From Candidatus Poribacteria bacterium (lineage in GTDB: Bacteria; Poribacteria; WGA-4E; PCPOR2b), in the NCBI GenBank assembly GCA_965208675.1, contig OZ242351.1, forward strand, positions 4,320,001 to 4,384,000: DNA of 64,000 nucleotides. The letters are read 5' to 3'. The notes below the pieces were generated by a model, which was not told the DNA's origin, searched no databases, and worked only from the letters and a program-made list of their open reading frames with translations. A program made the position numbers and the translations under genes. Below, in pieces: positions 1-10,869 of this stretch. Every line of letters begins with the position of its first letter. Position 1 is the stretch's first letter.

Positions 1-353
1 AAATCTGGAAAGACGGAAGGGTGTTCGCAGTGCTCGGGACGCCGGGAAGTCACGGCATTTTGCAAACGACTGCGCAAGTCAACCTCAACCTTCTTGAGCA
101 CGGTATGAACATCCAAGCCGCTATCGAAGCGCCGCGTGTCCGCCTTGAACACCCGGGTACGGATGTCGGTATAGAAAGCCGAATTCCGTCTGAAGTCAGG
201 AACGACCTTTCAGGGCGCGGTCATAATGTCCGTTTGTTGCCGGACTGGACGGCGCTCGTCGGGGGAGCGCAAGGCATTGTAATTGACTTGGATGAGGGTG
301 CATTCATGGGCGGAGCCGATCCGCGCCGCGATGGATACGCCATTGGAATTTAA
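1..353 (+). CDS. ggt: Gamma-glutamyltransferase, C-terminal part (5' end outside window)
   Basis: Frame open from window start; GTPGS...Q, AIEAPR and terminal GADPRRDG motifs of the GGT small subunit. Confidence 0.9.
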   Translation, partial: IWKDGRVFAVLGTPGSHGILQTTAQVNLNLLEHGMNIQAAIEAPRVRLEHPGTDVGIESRIPSEVRNDLSGRGHNVRLLPDWTALVGGAQGIVIDLDEGAFMGGADPRRDGYAIGI

Positions 354-407
354 GCGTGGGGTGTGATTAGACTAAACTGAACTCGAATACAACGCAGTGT
401 ATTCCGT

Positions 408-1514
408 TTGAACAAGGAAATGGCTAAAGGGGAAATTTCCCTCAAAAATGTAACGAAGTATTTTGGCAATACCCTCGCCGTTGACAACGTGTCGCTCGAC
501 ATCCAAAGCGGCGAATTTTTCTCGCTGCTAGGGCCAAGCGGCTGTGGAAAGACGACGACACTCCGCATGATTGGCGGGTTTGAACATCCGAATACAGGCG
601 ATATTTTCATTAACAATCAGTTAATGGAACAGACGCCGCCATTTCAGCGGGATGTCAATACGGTGTTCCAAAATTATGCCTTGTTCCCCCATAAATCGGT
701 TGCCCAAAACATCGCATTCGGTATTCAGATGAAGGGATTTGCTAAGCAGGAGATTAAAGAGCAAGTAAATCAATTTTTGAAGATGGTGCGGCTGCCGGAG
801 CATGGGAGCCGCAAACCCGATCAACTTTCAGGCGGGGAAAAACAACGCGTGGCTTTGGCGCGTGCACTCATCAACCGTCCGTCGATACTGTTGCTTGATG
901 AACCTTTGGCAGCGTTAGATCTCCAGTTGCGGAAACAGATGCAATCCGAACTCAAATCGCTAAAGTGCGAGATAGGAATCACGTTTGTATATGTCACTCA
1001 CGATCAGGGCGAAGCGCTGGCATTGTCTGACCGAATCGCTGTAATGAATCGGGGGAAAATTCTTCAGGTCGGTAAACCCACTGAAATATATGATTTACCG
1101 AATAACCGTTTTGTGGCGGAATTTATCGGATTGTCTAATTGCTTTGACGGCACACTGTCGGGAATTGAAGATGAGCGGGCGGAGGTCAAATTAGACATAG
1201 ACTCGCGGGCTCGATGCGTCGGACGACCAAATGGTAACCTCGCTCAGGGGGATGCCGTCACAGTGGTTGTGCGCCCTGAACGAATTGATATGGCGCTACA
1301 GCCCGTCCGGAACAATGTCAATCAGATGGAAGGAGTTTTACAAGATGAGAATTACATGGGCACCACCATCCAATATACAGTGCTCGTTTCCCATCAGATT
1401 CCGGTTGTAGTAAATCAACAAAATACGGGGTTGGCGAATGGAGACCGCATCCGAGTCGGTAATACGGTCTACCTGAGTTGGAGGACCGACAGCGCGACTG
1501 TATTGAAACGCTGA
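408..1514 (+). CDS. potA: PotA-like polyamine ABC transporter ATP-binding protein
   Basis: Walker A GPSGCGKTT, LSGGEKQR signature, VNTVFQNYALFPH, C-terminal TOBE-like region. Confidence 0.85.
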   Translation: MNKEMAKGEISLKNVTKYFGNTLAVDNVSLDIQSGEFFSLLGPSGCGKTTTLRMIGGFEHPNTGDIFINNQLMEQTPPFQRDVNTVFQNYALFPHKSVAQNIAFGIQMKGFAKQEIKEQVNQFLKMVRLPEHGSRKPDQLSGGEKQRVALARALINRPSILLLDEPLAALDLQLRKQMQSELKSLKCEIGITFVYVTHDQGEALALSDRIAVMNRGKILQVGKPTEIYDLPNNRFVAEFIGLSNCFDGTLSGIEDERAEVKLDIDSRARCVGRPNGNLAQGDAVTVVVRPERIDMALQPVRNNVNQMEGVLQDENYMGTTIQYTVLVSHQIPVVVNQQNTGLANGDRIRVGNTVYLSWRTDSATVLKR

Positions 1515-1690
1515 CAACGGTTCTTTACAGCGCCAAGTTCCCCCCAGATTGGCAAAAGAAGTGGGATGTTTAGCATAGCATTTGTCCTCGGAGTGGATTA
1601 TGCAATCGTGCGTATGTTGGGCAAATCCTTTAATCGACTAAAGAACAAACGAGTCTGGTAGGTGCCTTTTTTCGGCAAGGAGACTTTTAG

Positions 1691-2131
1691 ATGATAACCA
1701 ATTTGCACCATGTTGCAATCCTCACGTCAAACATTGAAGACGCCATAGAATATTACGCGAATTTGCTTGGCTGCCAGTCTCCAAGAATTGCAGAGGTGGA
1801 CCGCCCCGGCGTAAAGCTGAAGTCCGCAATGCTCCCAATCGGACCGACCGGAGATACGTATCTTCAGCTCATTGAGCCTTCGGAGGGGCCGGGCGTGGCG
1901 GAATTAGAGCGTGGCGGGGAAGGAACGTTATTCGAAGTCGGTTTTCAGGTGGATGATTTAGCGGACCTTCACGACGAGATGGACGCTAGAGAGATTATAC
2001 CGCAAGACCTTGCAGGCGATTCGATAGAAGACAAATTCATTGAATCAAAGTTTGGAAATCGGTACTTTTTTCTGCCAAAAGACAAAACGAGGGGCACAAG
2101 GTTGGAGTTTGTGCAGGTTATTAACAAATAG
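1691..2131 (+). CDS. VOC family protein (methylmalonyl-CoA epimerase-like)
   Basis: LHHVAI...LQLIEP...LEFVQ pattern; AGGAG RBS. Confidence 0.75.
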   Translation: MITNLHHVAILTSNIEDAIEYYANLLGCQSPRIAEVDRPGVKLKSAMLPIGPTGDTYLQLIEPSEGPGVAELERGGEGTLFEVGFQVDDLADLHDEMDAREIIPQDLAGDSIEDKFIESKFGNRYFFLPKDKTRGTRLEFVQVINK

Positions 2132-2228
2132 CGCGCGCTAACTGCCGGAAATTGTAGCCTCGTTCTGCACTGAACAATTTGAAGATACACCATCCTGGGG
2201 ATAACGTCTCAATAAGGAGCACATAACC

Positions 2229-2864
2229 GTGAAACCGAATTTCGTTGCAAACGTGATGTTTTCCGTCCTGTTTGGTATGCTAGCTATCCCTCTCCTTGCC
2301 GTTGGTATTCGCGGTCTCAAGGCTCGCCGGCCTTTTCTAACCTCAATGAGGTTGCCATTATTGATGATGCTTGTGTATTGCATATCGCTGCTCTTGCTGT
2401 TACTCTTCTTTTCGATTTCCAATCCTATACTTGTTGTGAGATGGACACCCCTTTTGCTATCAGCGTGCAGCCTTTTGATGCTATGTTACTCAATGAAGGG
2501 TTACCTGGCATTCGGTGTGACATATACTCCGTTTCGCCAGGTGCTGATGACAACGCTCGAAAAACTTCAGTTATCGTACGAAGAGCCCTTCTCCTTAAGA
2601 AGGCTTAAATCTCCTCTATCGGGTCGTGTGACAAAACTGAAATTGGGGGAGGTCGAGCTGCGGATGTGGATGGGAGCCCTCGCTGTTCATCTCCAGGTGA
2701 ATCACAGACTGCATTATCCCTTGCTCAGAGAAATAGTTGATACAATGGACGAATATTTCCGCACGTCTACTGTGCGCACAAATTTGACGCCGTTTGTTTT
2801 GCATGTAATCCTGGCGGTTCTTCTCCTAGCGGTTGGCGTGATGTTCTTTTCTGGCTCCTTCTAA
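2229..2864 (+). CDS. Hypothetical membrane protein
   Basis: AGGAG RBS, GTG start, about 4 hydrophobic segments. Confidence 0.6.
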   Translation: MKPNFVANVMFSVLFGMLAIPLLAVGIRGLKARRPFLTSMRLPLLMMLVYCISLLLLLLFFSISNPILVVRWTPLLLSACSLLMLCYSMKGYLAFGVTYTPFRQVLMTTLEKLQLSYEEPFSLRRLKSPLSGRVTKLKLGEVELRMWMGALAVHLQVNHRLHYPLLREIVDTMDEYFRTSTVRTNLTPFVLHVILAVLLLAVGVMFFSGSF

Positions 2865-3428
2865 CATGCCGATGAGTTTCAATTTGTTTCCCCGTGCAAT
2901 TGGCAAATCAAAATATACTTCATGGGTAGGTATCGCTTACAAGGCTTTTCAGCCAGATGCGTCCGTAGTCTGTGCCTATTATAATGAGGACAAGAGATGG
3001 CAATCAAAACATACAGGATGCGCGTGACAATTGAATTGACGGAGTCCATTGGGCGCATGTCAAACGCGCAGATGTTAAGTTAGGCGACGATAGTAAGCGG
3101 AATAGGTTAAGCCATATCTGGAAATTTGCACATAGCGTGAAGTGGTTTATTTGCCCGAAACGGTTCAGGCCTCTTCGCATCTTGCACCAAATGGTGCAGC
3201 CGCGCTTTTTGGATTTGAAGGAAGAAAAGTTACTCCGCACCGCTACAAAAATGACAAAGCAAACGTCAGCACCTGATAACAGCCAAGAGCGAAAGCACGC
3301 CAAATCTCGGTGTATAAAAACATAAAGGATTGGCACATTTATTGCAATAACACATGGCAGTTTGAGAGGAAACGGTCCACATGCTAGATTACTGAAGAGC
3401 ACCATTACAGAGACTAAGGAGGATTAAA

Positions 3429-4247
3429 ATGTTCTCTAAGACTGTTGTCACCGCTTTCGTATTAACGGTTATCGCATTGGCGGTTTTCCCTGTCAGTGAA
3501 GTAGAAGCTCAGGAATACGTGACAAAGGACCTCATGGGTTATTGGACGATGGACAAGGCAAATATCGATGGGCAAATCGTCAAAGATATTTCGGGAAATA
3601 ACAATCATGGAGTAATTATCGGAAATCCCCAAACCGCCCGTGGAATAATCGGCGAAGCTCTCGATTTTGACGGAGTGGATGATTTTATTGCCCTCCCGGA
3701 TTTGGGGCATGAATCCGAAGTGACGGTAGAGGTCTGGGCGAGGGGCGATTCGGCTTTCCGGGTTAATGGGTTGGTTTCTTCGTCCGTTATCCCGGAACAG
3801 ATGCCGGGAAGTGTTGTGACCTTCAGTGTTAGATTCAATCGAATTGACCTCAACTTAAAGGACAGGGACGGCTACATATCATACCAAGGCGGTACAGTGA
3901 AGCCGTACAAGTGGTATCACCTCGCCTATACTTCCAATTTGATTGAACCGGGTGAGGAACGGCTCGCGGTGTACATTAATGGAAGAGAAAGGGACAGGGG
4001 AATTCACGGCGTGAGGGAGTTTCCAGTCGTTGAAACGCCGCCAATCAATCTCACCCGCCTCAGAATCGGAAGCGAACTCAAGGGCAGGTACTTTCCTGGT
4101 ATCCTTGATGAAGTCCGCATCTATAATCGCGCATTAACGCGGGAAGAGATTCAGCAAAATTTTGAATACAAAAACAATGCGCTGGCGGTTGATTCGAGAG
4201 GGGAGTTAGCTGTTTCTTGGGGTGAGTTGAAGAAATCGAGACATTAG
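3429..4247 (+). CDS. Secreted LamG/concanavalin-A-like domain protein
   Basis: Signal peptide; ALDFDGVDD, WYHLA, GILDEVRIYNRAL motifs; C-terminal AVDSRGELAVSWGELK. Confidence 0.85.
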   Translation: MFSKTVVTAFVLTVIALAVFPVSEVEAQEYVTKDLMGYWTMDKANIDGQIVKDISGNNNHGVIIGNPQTARGIIGEALDFDGVDDFIALPDLGHESEVTVEVWARGDSAFRVNGLVSSSVIPEQMPGSVVTFSVRFNRIDLNLKDRDGYISYQGGTVKPYKWYHLAYTSNLIEPGEERLAVYINGRERDRGIHGVREFPVVETPPINLTRLRIGSELKGRYFPGILDEVRIYNRALTREEIQQNFEYKNNALAVDSRGELAVSWGELKKSRH

Positions 4248-4715
4248 ATTCCATTTCGCCCCTATCGCGGACGACAAATTGCATTGGGTTTCGATTCTAT
4301 CGGGTTGAACCGAAGAAGAGATCCCCGCTTGCAAACATTGGTGCCGCATTGGTCAAGCTAACGCTTACTTTCAGTCGAGGAAATAAGTAAAATTTAGAGT
4401 TCTGGGGAGTGGAGCGTAATCGTGAAAGGAATGGCAGTTGGCATTATCGAAGCCGGTGCAAATGCCGAATGGAAACATTTGCTAGGTCATCGCAATTTTG
4501 AAAGGGTTTACGTCATCGCCGTCTACGGCATAGATGAGGGTAGGGCGAGGCATTTTACTGGACGAAACGGGATTTAAAATGTATTCACTGATTAACATCA
4601 TTCGATTACGATTAGATTTGGCATATTCATTGCGACGGTTATCAAGTGGAGTGAAAAAAGCCGGTAGATTCACGGGTTAACTGATATACATTTACCAAGG
4701 AAAAGGAGGGCAAAA

Positions 4716-5561
4716 ATGATTTACAGGACTGTTGTAACCACAATCGTACTTATGGTTATAGTATCGGTAGTCTACTCCGTCGAAGCAGAATCCGAGGGAT
4801 TTGTTGCGGAGGGTCTCATTGGTTACTGGACGATGGATAGAGCTGATATCGAAGGGGACATCGTGAAAGATGTATCGGGAGAGGCAAACCATGGTAAAAT
4901 TGGAGGCACTCCTCAAATCGTACCTGGTAAAATCGGGGAAGCCCTCGATTTTGATGGCGTTGATGATTATGTAGCCCTCCCGGATTTAGGGCATAATCGC
5001 GAAGTAACGGTGGAAGTCTGGGCGAGAATAGATCGGCCGATTCGACCTCGAGAAGTGTATGAGTTGGTTTCCACCTTTGGTGTTCCACATCAGATGCCGG
5101 GAAGCGTTGTAACCTTCAGTGTTAGGTTCAATGTCGAATTCGATCAAATTCACCTCAGCAGAGATGATGAGTCGAGCAATTGGAGTAGGCGAGGCGGTCC
5201 AGTGAAGCCATTTAGGTGGTATCACTTTGCCTATTCTTGTGACGTAATGAAGCCGGGGCATGAACTCGTGTCGTATTTTAATGGAAATGGAGGGCCAATA
5301 GATCTTGAATTGGCATTTCAGCCCAACCCGGAATTACCAAGAGTTGAAGCGTCGCCAATCAACATGACTAGTCTTAGAATCGGAAGTGAGCGGACGGGCA
5401 GATTTTTTCCGGGCCTTCTCGACGAAGTTCGCATCTATGATAGAGCCTTAACGGTAGAGGAAGTGCAGCAAAATTTTGAGTATAGAAACAACGCACTGGC
5501 GGTTGATGCCGCGGGAAAGCTGGCTGTCACTTGGGGCGCGATGAAGAACTCGCAGAATTAA
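4716..5561 (+). CDS. Secreted LamG domain protein, tandem paralog of 3429-4247
   Basis: Same motifs with long identical blocks (GEALDFDGVDD, QMPGSVVTFSVRFN); C-terminal AVDAAGKLAVTWGAMK. Confidence 0.85.
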   Translation: MIYRTVVTTIVLMVIVSVVYSVEAESEGFVAEGLIGYWTMDRADIEGDIVKDVSGEANHGKIGGTPQIVPGKIGEALDFDGVDDYVALPDLGHNREVTVEVWARIDRPIRPREVYELVSTFGVPHQMPGSVVTFSVRFNVEFDQIHLSRDDESSNWSRRGGPVKPFRWYHFAYSCDVMKPGHELVSYFNGNGGPIDLELAFQPNPELPRVEASPINMTSLRIGSERTGRFFPGLLDEVRIYDRALTVEEVQQNFEYRNNALAVDAAGKLAVTWGAMKNSQN

Positions 5562-5838
5562 ATTCCTGTGAATATATCGCAGGGGAAGATGAGTTGCGTT
5601 AGCTCCTGATTCTATGGGGTAGAAACGAACGGCGATCTCTGCCTGAGGACATTGGTGTTGCAGTGGTCATACTCAGTCTTACATTCCGTAGAGAAAATAC
5701 GCAAAAATCAGAGTTTTAAGGAATGCGGAGGTTTTTTGGTGTGTGTTTAGAAGAGATGATTATTTTCGCTCTTTTCAAACCATTATATAATCGTATATAA
5801 TAATACGGTACAAACTTAAAACCCAATAAGGAGAAAAA

Positions 5839-6648
5839 ATGAAACACACGATTTTCATTGCATTAATGCTCTGTTTGACTCTCGCGTTCAAGCTTGGAGA
5901 CTCGGCGGCGCTCGAAGTTGACAAGGAAGTAGTCCTCGCTATCACGTTTGACGAAGGAAAGGGTGATGTCGCCAAAGACCTGTCGCCGCACGGCAACGAC
6001 GGCACGTTGCAACAGAAGGCAAAACGGGAAAAAGGAAAGTTTGGGCAGGCGATACGACTGGACGGTACGAACCAAGTTGACGTTGAGAACGACGACAGCC
6101 TCAGTCTACACAAATCCGATTTCACCATCGGGTTATGGCTCTACTTTGAGGAAGACCCGCCGAAAGGGAACCGGGGTTCTGCGGGCTTTACGCTGCTCGG
6201 ACATGACGAGGGCGGCGGTCCCACAAACAAGTGGATTTGGTGGTATTCCGGAAACGGAATCGACTTTCACATCAATACCGCCGGCGGCGCGGGCGTCGCT
6301 TGGGTCGATTCCGAGCCGTGGGATCCGAAGCTAAAGCAGTGGTATCAGATGGTGCTCACCAAGGAGGGAAGAAATTACACTTATTATCTGGATGGCAAAC
6401 CGTTCGGCAGAGTGAATGACAGCGTTCAAATCCCCGAAGAGATTGACCACGCGCTAAACATCGGCTGGTCGGAAGGCCCGTTCTTTTTCAACGGTATGCT
6501 CGACGAAGTCCTCATCGTTAAACGCGCCTTGAGCGAAGATGAGGTTGAATCGCACTTCGATGGCGGATTGAAAGGATTTCTCGCCGTTCGCCCGCACGGA
6601 AAGATTAGCACGACGTGGGGAAACCTGAAGGCAGGTGCATCAAATTGA
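5839..6648 (+). CDS. Secreted LamG domain protein
   Basis: Signal peptide; FDEGKGD..KDLSPHGNDG, GKFGQA, GMLDEV; C-terminal AVRPHGKISTTWGNLK. Confidence 0.85.
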   Translation: MKHTIFIALMLCLTLAFKLGDSAALEVDKEVVLAITFDEGKGDVAKDLSPHGNDGTLQQKAKREKGKFGQAIRLDGTNQVDVENDDSLSLHKSDFTIGLWLYFEEDPPKGNRGSAGFTLLGHDEGGGPTNKWIWWYSGNGIDFHINTAGGAGVAWVDSEPWDPKLKQWYQMVLTKEGRNYTYYLDGKPFGRVNDSVQIPEEIDHALNIGWSEGPFFFNGMLDEVLIVKRALSEDEVESHFDGGLKGFLAVRPHGKISTTWGNLKAGASN

Positions 6649-6668
6649 TGTTGGTTGGGTAGATAAGC

Positions 6669-7184
6669 GTGAAAATGAAACCATTCATTATCCTCGTCTA
6701 CATCTCATTCACCTCCGCTTGCGGCGGGGTGAAGTTAGTCGACATCACAAAATCCTCATCTGCGCTGAACCTGTCATCGGAACAGCTAAATGTCATTACG
6801 CCCAAAATTTCGCTCATTACGGACATAGTCGAAGACTACAAATTTGAAAAAGACGTGTTAGAGTCGCACTATCACGGCTATCGCAGCGAAGCACGGATGG
6901 ATCGATTGAGCCCGTACGAAGGTGACCGGAGAATGTATCGGCAGTCGGTAAGGGCACGACACGCGTTGAGAGCTAAGATTAGGGAGTTCATAGTTCAACG
7001 CAATGCGTACCTCAAGGAGATTGGCGGGCTCCTGAACGAAATTAAAGCCGCACTCACGCCGGAACAGCTGACTCGGTTCGACGAACTAAAGATGCCGGAT
7101 CTGAAACTACCGACAATGATTAAACCCAATCACTACCGCGGTTTAGACGCAATGCCCGGTACGTTCCCTTTTGGGCGCCTCTGA
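6669..7184 (+). CDS. Hypothetical lipoprotein
   Basis: Short hydrophobic N-terminus with TSA-C lipobox-like site; helical body with LTPEQ motif. Confidence 0.6.
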   Translation: MKMKPFIILVYISFTSACGGVKLVDITKSSSALNLSSEQLNVITPKISLITDIVEDYKFEKDVLESHYHGYRSEARMDRLSPYEGDRRMYRQSVRARHALRAKIREFIVQRNAYLKEIGGLLNEIKAALTPEQLTRFDELKMPDLKLPTMIKPNHYRGLDAMPGTFPFGRL

Positions 7185-7198
7185 GCGCAGCACACGCA

Positions 7199-7360
7199 GT
7201 ATGAGTAGAGCGGATATTTACAAACCTGTTCTTGCGGCAAACGCCGTGCCTTATGCCGCACGTCGAGATTGCTAGATTAACCCAAGCGAACCCCAGCGCT
7301 TGGGTAAACACCAGACGCAATAATTCAAATATTTCATCGCACCATTCTACCCAACCTAAC
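7199..7360. repeat. Degenerate family-A REPIN-like element
   Basis: Inner inverted repeat AACCCAAGCG/CGCTTGGGT (7279-7305) and right arm TCTACCCAACCTAAC (7346-7360). Confidence 0.55.
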
Positions 7361-7363
7361 TGG

Positions 7364-8080
7364 CTACGTGAAGAATTCCTCGTTATACGGGCGCAAATCC
7401 AGCTCAAACGTCCATGAACTCCGCGGCTGCTGGGCAAGACTCCAATAAGTCTCGGCAATCTCGTCCGGATCTAGCGTCGGTTCATCATCGTCTAGTTGGT
7501 ATCGGGTGCGCACGTCGGGCGTATCAATGATTCCGTCCACGATAATGTGAGCAACATGAATCCCTTGAGGCCCGATCTCGCGTGCCAAAGCCCACGCTAG
7601 ACCGCGCACGGCAAATTTCGCGCTGCTAAACGCTATTGCGCCCGCTCGTCCGCGAATGGCTGAGGTTGCACCGGTAAAGAGGATGGTCCCGCCTCCCCGC
7701 TCCACCATATCGGGCACGGCTTCCTGAGCGCACAAAAACGCCCCTAGTGCGCACACGCGCCAAGAATGCTCAAATGCATCGGGCGTCAACTCAGAAAAAT
7801 TGCCCCACGCGGCATTTCCGGCGTGGTTGACCAAGATATCGACCGGTCCCAACGCTTCTCGCACCGCCGAAAAGCTGCCCGCAATTTGAAGTGGGTCTGT
7901 AATGTCCGTCGGCAACGCGAGGCTAATCGTCCCCGCTTCCCGAAGTTCCGCAGCCAGCGTATCAATGTAACCCGGAGAACGTGCGAACAGCGCTACGCGG
8001 CATCCTTCGCGCGCGAATTTTTTCGCTAAGGACGCTCCCAATCCGGCGCCGACACCGGCGATTACCGCTGTCTTTGACAT
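7364..8080 (-). CDS. Short-chain dehydrogenase/reductase
   Basis: GVGAGLG Rossmann motif, NHAG, FTGAT, FSSAK. Confidence 0.9.
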   Translation of the reverse strand: MSKTAVIAGVGAGLGASLAKKFAREGCRVALFARSPGYIDTLAAELREAGTISLALPTDITDPLQIAGSFSAVREALGPVDILVNHAGNAAWGNFSELTPDAFEHSWRVCALGAFLCAQEAVPDMVERGGGTILFTGATSAIRGRAGAIAFSSAKFAVRGLAWALAREIGPQGIHVAHIIVDGIIDTPDVRTRYQLDDDEPTLDPDEIAETYWSLAQQPRSSWTFELDLRPYNEEFFT

Positions 8081-8133
8081 TTAGATTTCCTTCCTCCAAT
8101 TTCAGTACAATGATTTTAGTTTCCATGTCTCCT

Positions 8134-8320
8134 GTAGGTTGGGTTAAGGTGGGGTTTGCCAAATACATAGCAAAGAGAAACTACGCCGCGAACTTGAATC
8201 GGCGCCATTGGCATATACCCCGAACGTAACCCAACGCATTTAGGATTTTGAATCGCCTCAAATAGACCAATCGCATTGTGAAACCAAAAAACGTTGGGTT
8301 ACGCTATGTCAATCCCCTAC
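8134..8320. repeat. Family-A REPIN-like element
   Basis: GTAGGTTGGGTTAAG left arm; inner IR GTAACCCAACG (8226)/CGTTGGGTTACG (8292); degenerate right arm TCAATCCCCTAC overlaps the recQ stop. Confidence 0.75.
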
Positions 8321-10090
8321 GACCCTGTAATCCGGATTGCACAAATCGCAATTACCGCATCTGTAATCCTCCGGAACTGATTCGCCGAAATACCTCCGCG
8401 CGGCGCGCCCGCGGCAATGCTCTGCGAGCGCATAATGTACCACCTGATCAAGCTGCCGCCGCTTGCCTAGAATGTAATCCTCAAATCCCATCTGATCCTC
8501 AGAAATCGAACCGAAGAGGTTGCTCTCACGCAGCAGCTCAATGAGCATCGAATCCTCTGTCCCCCAATACCGCAGATACCCATCGTTCTGCAAGTCAATT
8601 AGTTGTTCCATCAAATCGTCCGGTCGGATATCTAAGTCCCTACAAAATTCCATCGTGTTCAACTCGGATTGCGTTCGCAGTTGCTCTAGGAGCGCACGTT
8701 GGTCGACACCTTCTAACCTGTAATTTGGGACGAACGGCGTCCGGATTGACAGTCTTGAAGGGATGTCATACAACCTTCGCAGAAACCCAAGTTTTTGCAG
8801 GTAGCTGATGCCGACTCTGATTTTTCCGGCGCTAAAGCCGCTCAACCACTCCAGTTCTTCTGCAGGAATCATGCGGAATTGGTGCAGGGCGGGAAATGTT
8901 TCAATCAACTTGAGGAGTTTAAGCAGATTGCGCTTGTTTGGCGCGTCTTCCTTGATAAACCATTCGCGCAGCCGCCGATCGTCGGGACAATAAAATAGCA
9001 CACAAGTGGAGTCTTCGCCATCGCGGCCAGCACGTCCAGATTCCTGATAATATTCCTCCAGTGATCCCGTCATCGCCCAATGGATGATGTATCGGATATT
9101 TGGTTTATCAATCCCCATTCCGAATGCGTTGGTCGCCGCGATGAGGTCTATGCCGTCAGGCCCATCTTCAAAGAATCCATCCTGTACCCGTTTTCGCTCT
9201 GGCGCATCGCGCCCGGCATGGTAATAATCGACGCGCCGGCCGCGCGATCCCAAAACGGCCGCAATTTCCTCCGTGTCGCGTCGGCGTCCCGCGTAAATAA
9301 TTCCTTTGCCGTCGAGTTCTTGCAGGCAGGCGTGCAGCATCGAGAATTTTTCGGACTGGCCGGAGACGGCACAGACGCTAAATTTCAGATTGCGGCGCAC
9401 AATACTTCGTAAAAAGGTTTCACAGCGATCAACGTCCAACTCACGCAAGACGTCCGCACGCACTTCCGGGGTCGCGGTCGCTGTGAAAAGGGCGATTGAA
9501 CGCGGGTGCAGTACCCGGATGGCGTCGCGCAACGCCAGGTACGCGGGTCGAAAGTCGTGCCCCCACTGGGATATGCAGTGCGCTTCATCTATGACGAAAA
9601 GCGAGATAGGGAACGCGTCGAGACGCGCCAAAAACCGACGGCTCCGAAACCGTTCCGGTGCAGCATAGAGCAATTTAATTTCACCGCGTTTCAAACGGTC
9701 CAACTCCGCCTGATACTCCTCCAAATTTAGGCTGCTGTTGATTAACCCAACCGAATGGATACCACGCCTACGCAATGCGTCCACCTGATCTTTCATCAGG
9801 GAGATTAGCGGCGAAACGATGATGGCGACGCCGGGCTGAATGAGCGCAGGCAACTGATAACAGAGTGATTTGCCGTAACCGGTCGGAAACGCAGCGAGCA
9901 CATTGCCGCCGTTAAGGATTGCTTCAATTATTTCGCGCTGCCCGCCTCGGAACGTGGAAAGTCCGAAATATTGTTTGAGCGCAGCAAGCAACTCGTCTGA
10001 AGTATTGACGGGCAGTGCCGGCGGCGCCGAGGAAGGCTGTAGGTTAATGAGTTGATCGATATTTTCAAGTAGATTCTGTAAATTCTTCAT
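8309..10090 (-). CDS. recQ: RecQ family ATP-dependent DNA helicase
   Basis: PTGYGKSLCYQ, DEAHCISQWGHDFRP, ATNAFGMGIDK, QESGRAGRDG, C-terminal Zn motif CR...CGNCDLC; start 10090 or 10138. Confidence 0.93.
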   Translation of the reverse strand: MKNLQNLLENIDQLINLQPSSAPPALPVNTSDELLAALKQYFGLSTFRGGQREIIEAILNGGNVLAAFPTGYGKSLCYQLPALIQPGVAIIVSPLISLMKDQVDALRRRGIHSVGLINSSLNLEEYQAELDRLKRGEIKLLYAAPERFRSRRFLARLDAFPISLFVIDEAHCISQWGHDFRPAYLALRDAIRVLHPRSIALFTATATPEVRADVLRELDVDRCETFLRSIVRRNLKFSVCAVSGQSEKFSMLHACLQELDGKGIIYAGRRRDTEEIAAVLGSRGRRVDYYHAGRDAPERKRVQDGFFEDGPDGIDLIAATNAFGMGIDKPNIRYIIHWAMTGSLEEYYQESGRAGRDGEDSTCVLFYCPDDRRLREWFIKEDAPNKRNLLKLLKLIETFPALHQFRMIPAEELEWLSGFSAGKIRVGISYLQKLGFLRRLYDIPSRLSIRTPFVPNYRLEGVDQRALLEQLRTQSELNTMEFCRDLDIRPDDLMEQLIDLQNDGYLRYWGTEDSMLIELLRESNLFGSISEDQMGFEDYILGKRRQLDQVVHYALAEHCRGRAARRYFGESVPEDYRCGNCDLCNPDYRVVGD

Positions 10091-10170
10091 GTGATGATCC
10101 GGGTGAATTGCGATTTGAGACCCGTCGATCCACCCCAAGTGTCCAAATGTCCCCGATGTTCAAGCTCGGA

Positions 10171-10869
10171 TTAGTCCTTGAATCGAAAACGGATAATATG
10201 GTACATTGCTGCAATCCCATCCTTCCAACTCACTTTTTTCCCCTCGTGATAGTCGCGTCCACGATAGGTTATCGGCACCTCACAGATTCGGCATTTGCGT
10301 TTTGCGAGTTTCGCGGTGATCTCCGGTTCAAATCCGAATCGATCCGACCGCAGCGGAATATTCAACAAAATTGAGGATTTTATTGCCTTGTAGCAGGTCT
10401 CCATATCCGTCAGATTAAAGCCGGTGCACAGATTGGAGAAAGCGGTCAAAAATCTATTTGCGGCGTAACTCGATAACAGCGCATGTCCACGTCCCGTTTG
10501 GAAGCGCGAACCATAGACCGCGTCCGCCGCACCGTCCAAAATTGGCTGGATTAGTTCCGGATAGTCTTGTGGATTATACTCCAGATCGGCGTCCTGAATG
10601 AGAGTTATGTCACCCTCAACGTGCTGGAATCCGGTGCGTAAGGCTGCTCCTTTGCCAAAATTTACATCGTGGTAAAAGACGCGGATGGATGAGTCGCTAG
10701 ACGATTCAATCTCCCGGAGAAGTTCACGCGCCCCATCGGTTGAGCAATCGTCCACCAAAACAATCTCTTTTTCAATCCCGATGTCGACCGCTTGTACCTG
10801 CCGGAGCAATTCCTCCAATGTGTCGACCTCATTATAAACGGGAATTACAATGGAGAGCTTATGCTGCAT
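10171..10869 (-). CDS. Glycosyltransferase family 2 (DPM1-like)
   Basis: SIVIPVYNE, VDDCSTDG, QDADLEY, TDMETCYK. Confidence 0.9.
   Translation of the reverse strand: MQHKLSIVIPVYNEVDTLEELLRQVQAVDIGIEKEIVLVDDCSTDGARELLREIESSSDSSIRVFYHDVNFGKGAALRTGFQHVEGDITLIQDADLEYNPQDYPELIQPILDGAADAVYGSRFQTGRGHALLSSYAANRFLTAFSNLCTGFNLTDMETCYKAIKSSILLNIPLRSDRFGFEPEITAKLAKRKCRICEVPITYRGRDYHEGKKVSWKDGIAAMYHIIRFRFKD

Noticed and set aside
2870-3420. Short ORFs (3004-3405, 3137-3325) in a long intergenic region
   Set aside because: No RBS, motif or compositional support; I could not assign an RNA structure either.
6649-7360. Lipoprotein gene captured between inverted family-A arms (GGTTGGGTAGA at 6653 / TCTACCCAACC at 7346)
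   Set aside because: The right arm is explained by its own local degenerate element at 7199-7360. The 6653 match is short and probably a separate remnant.
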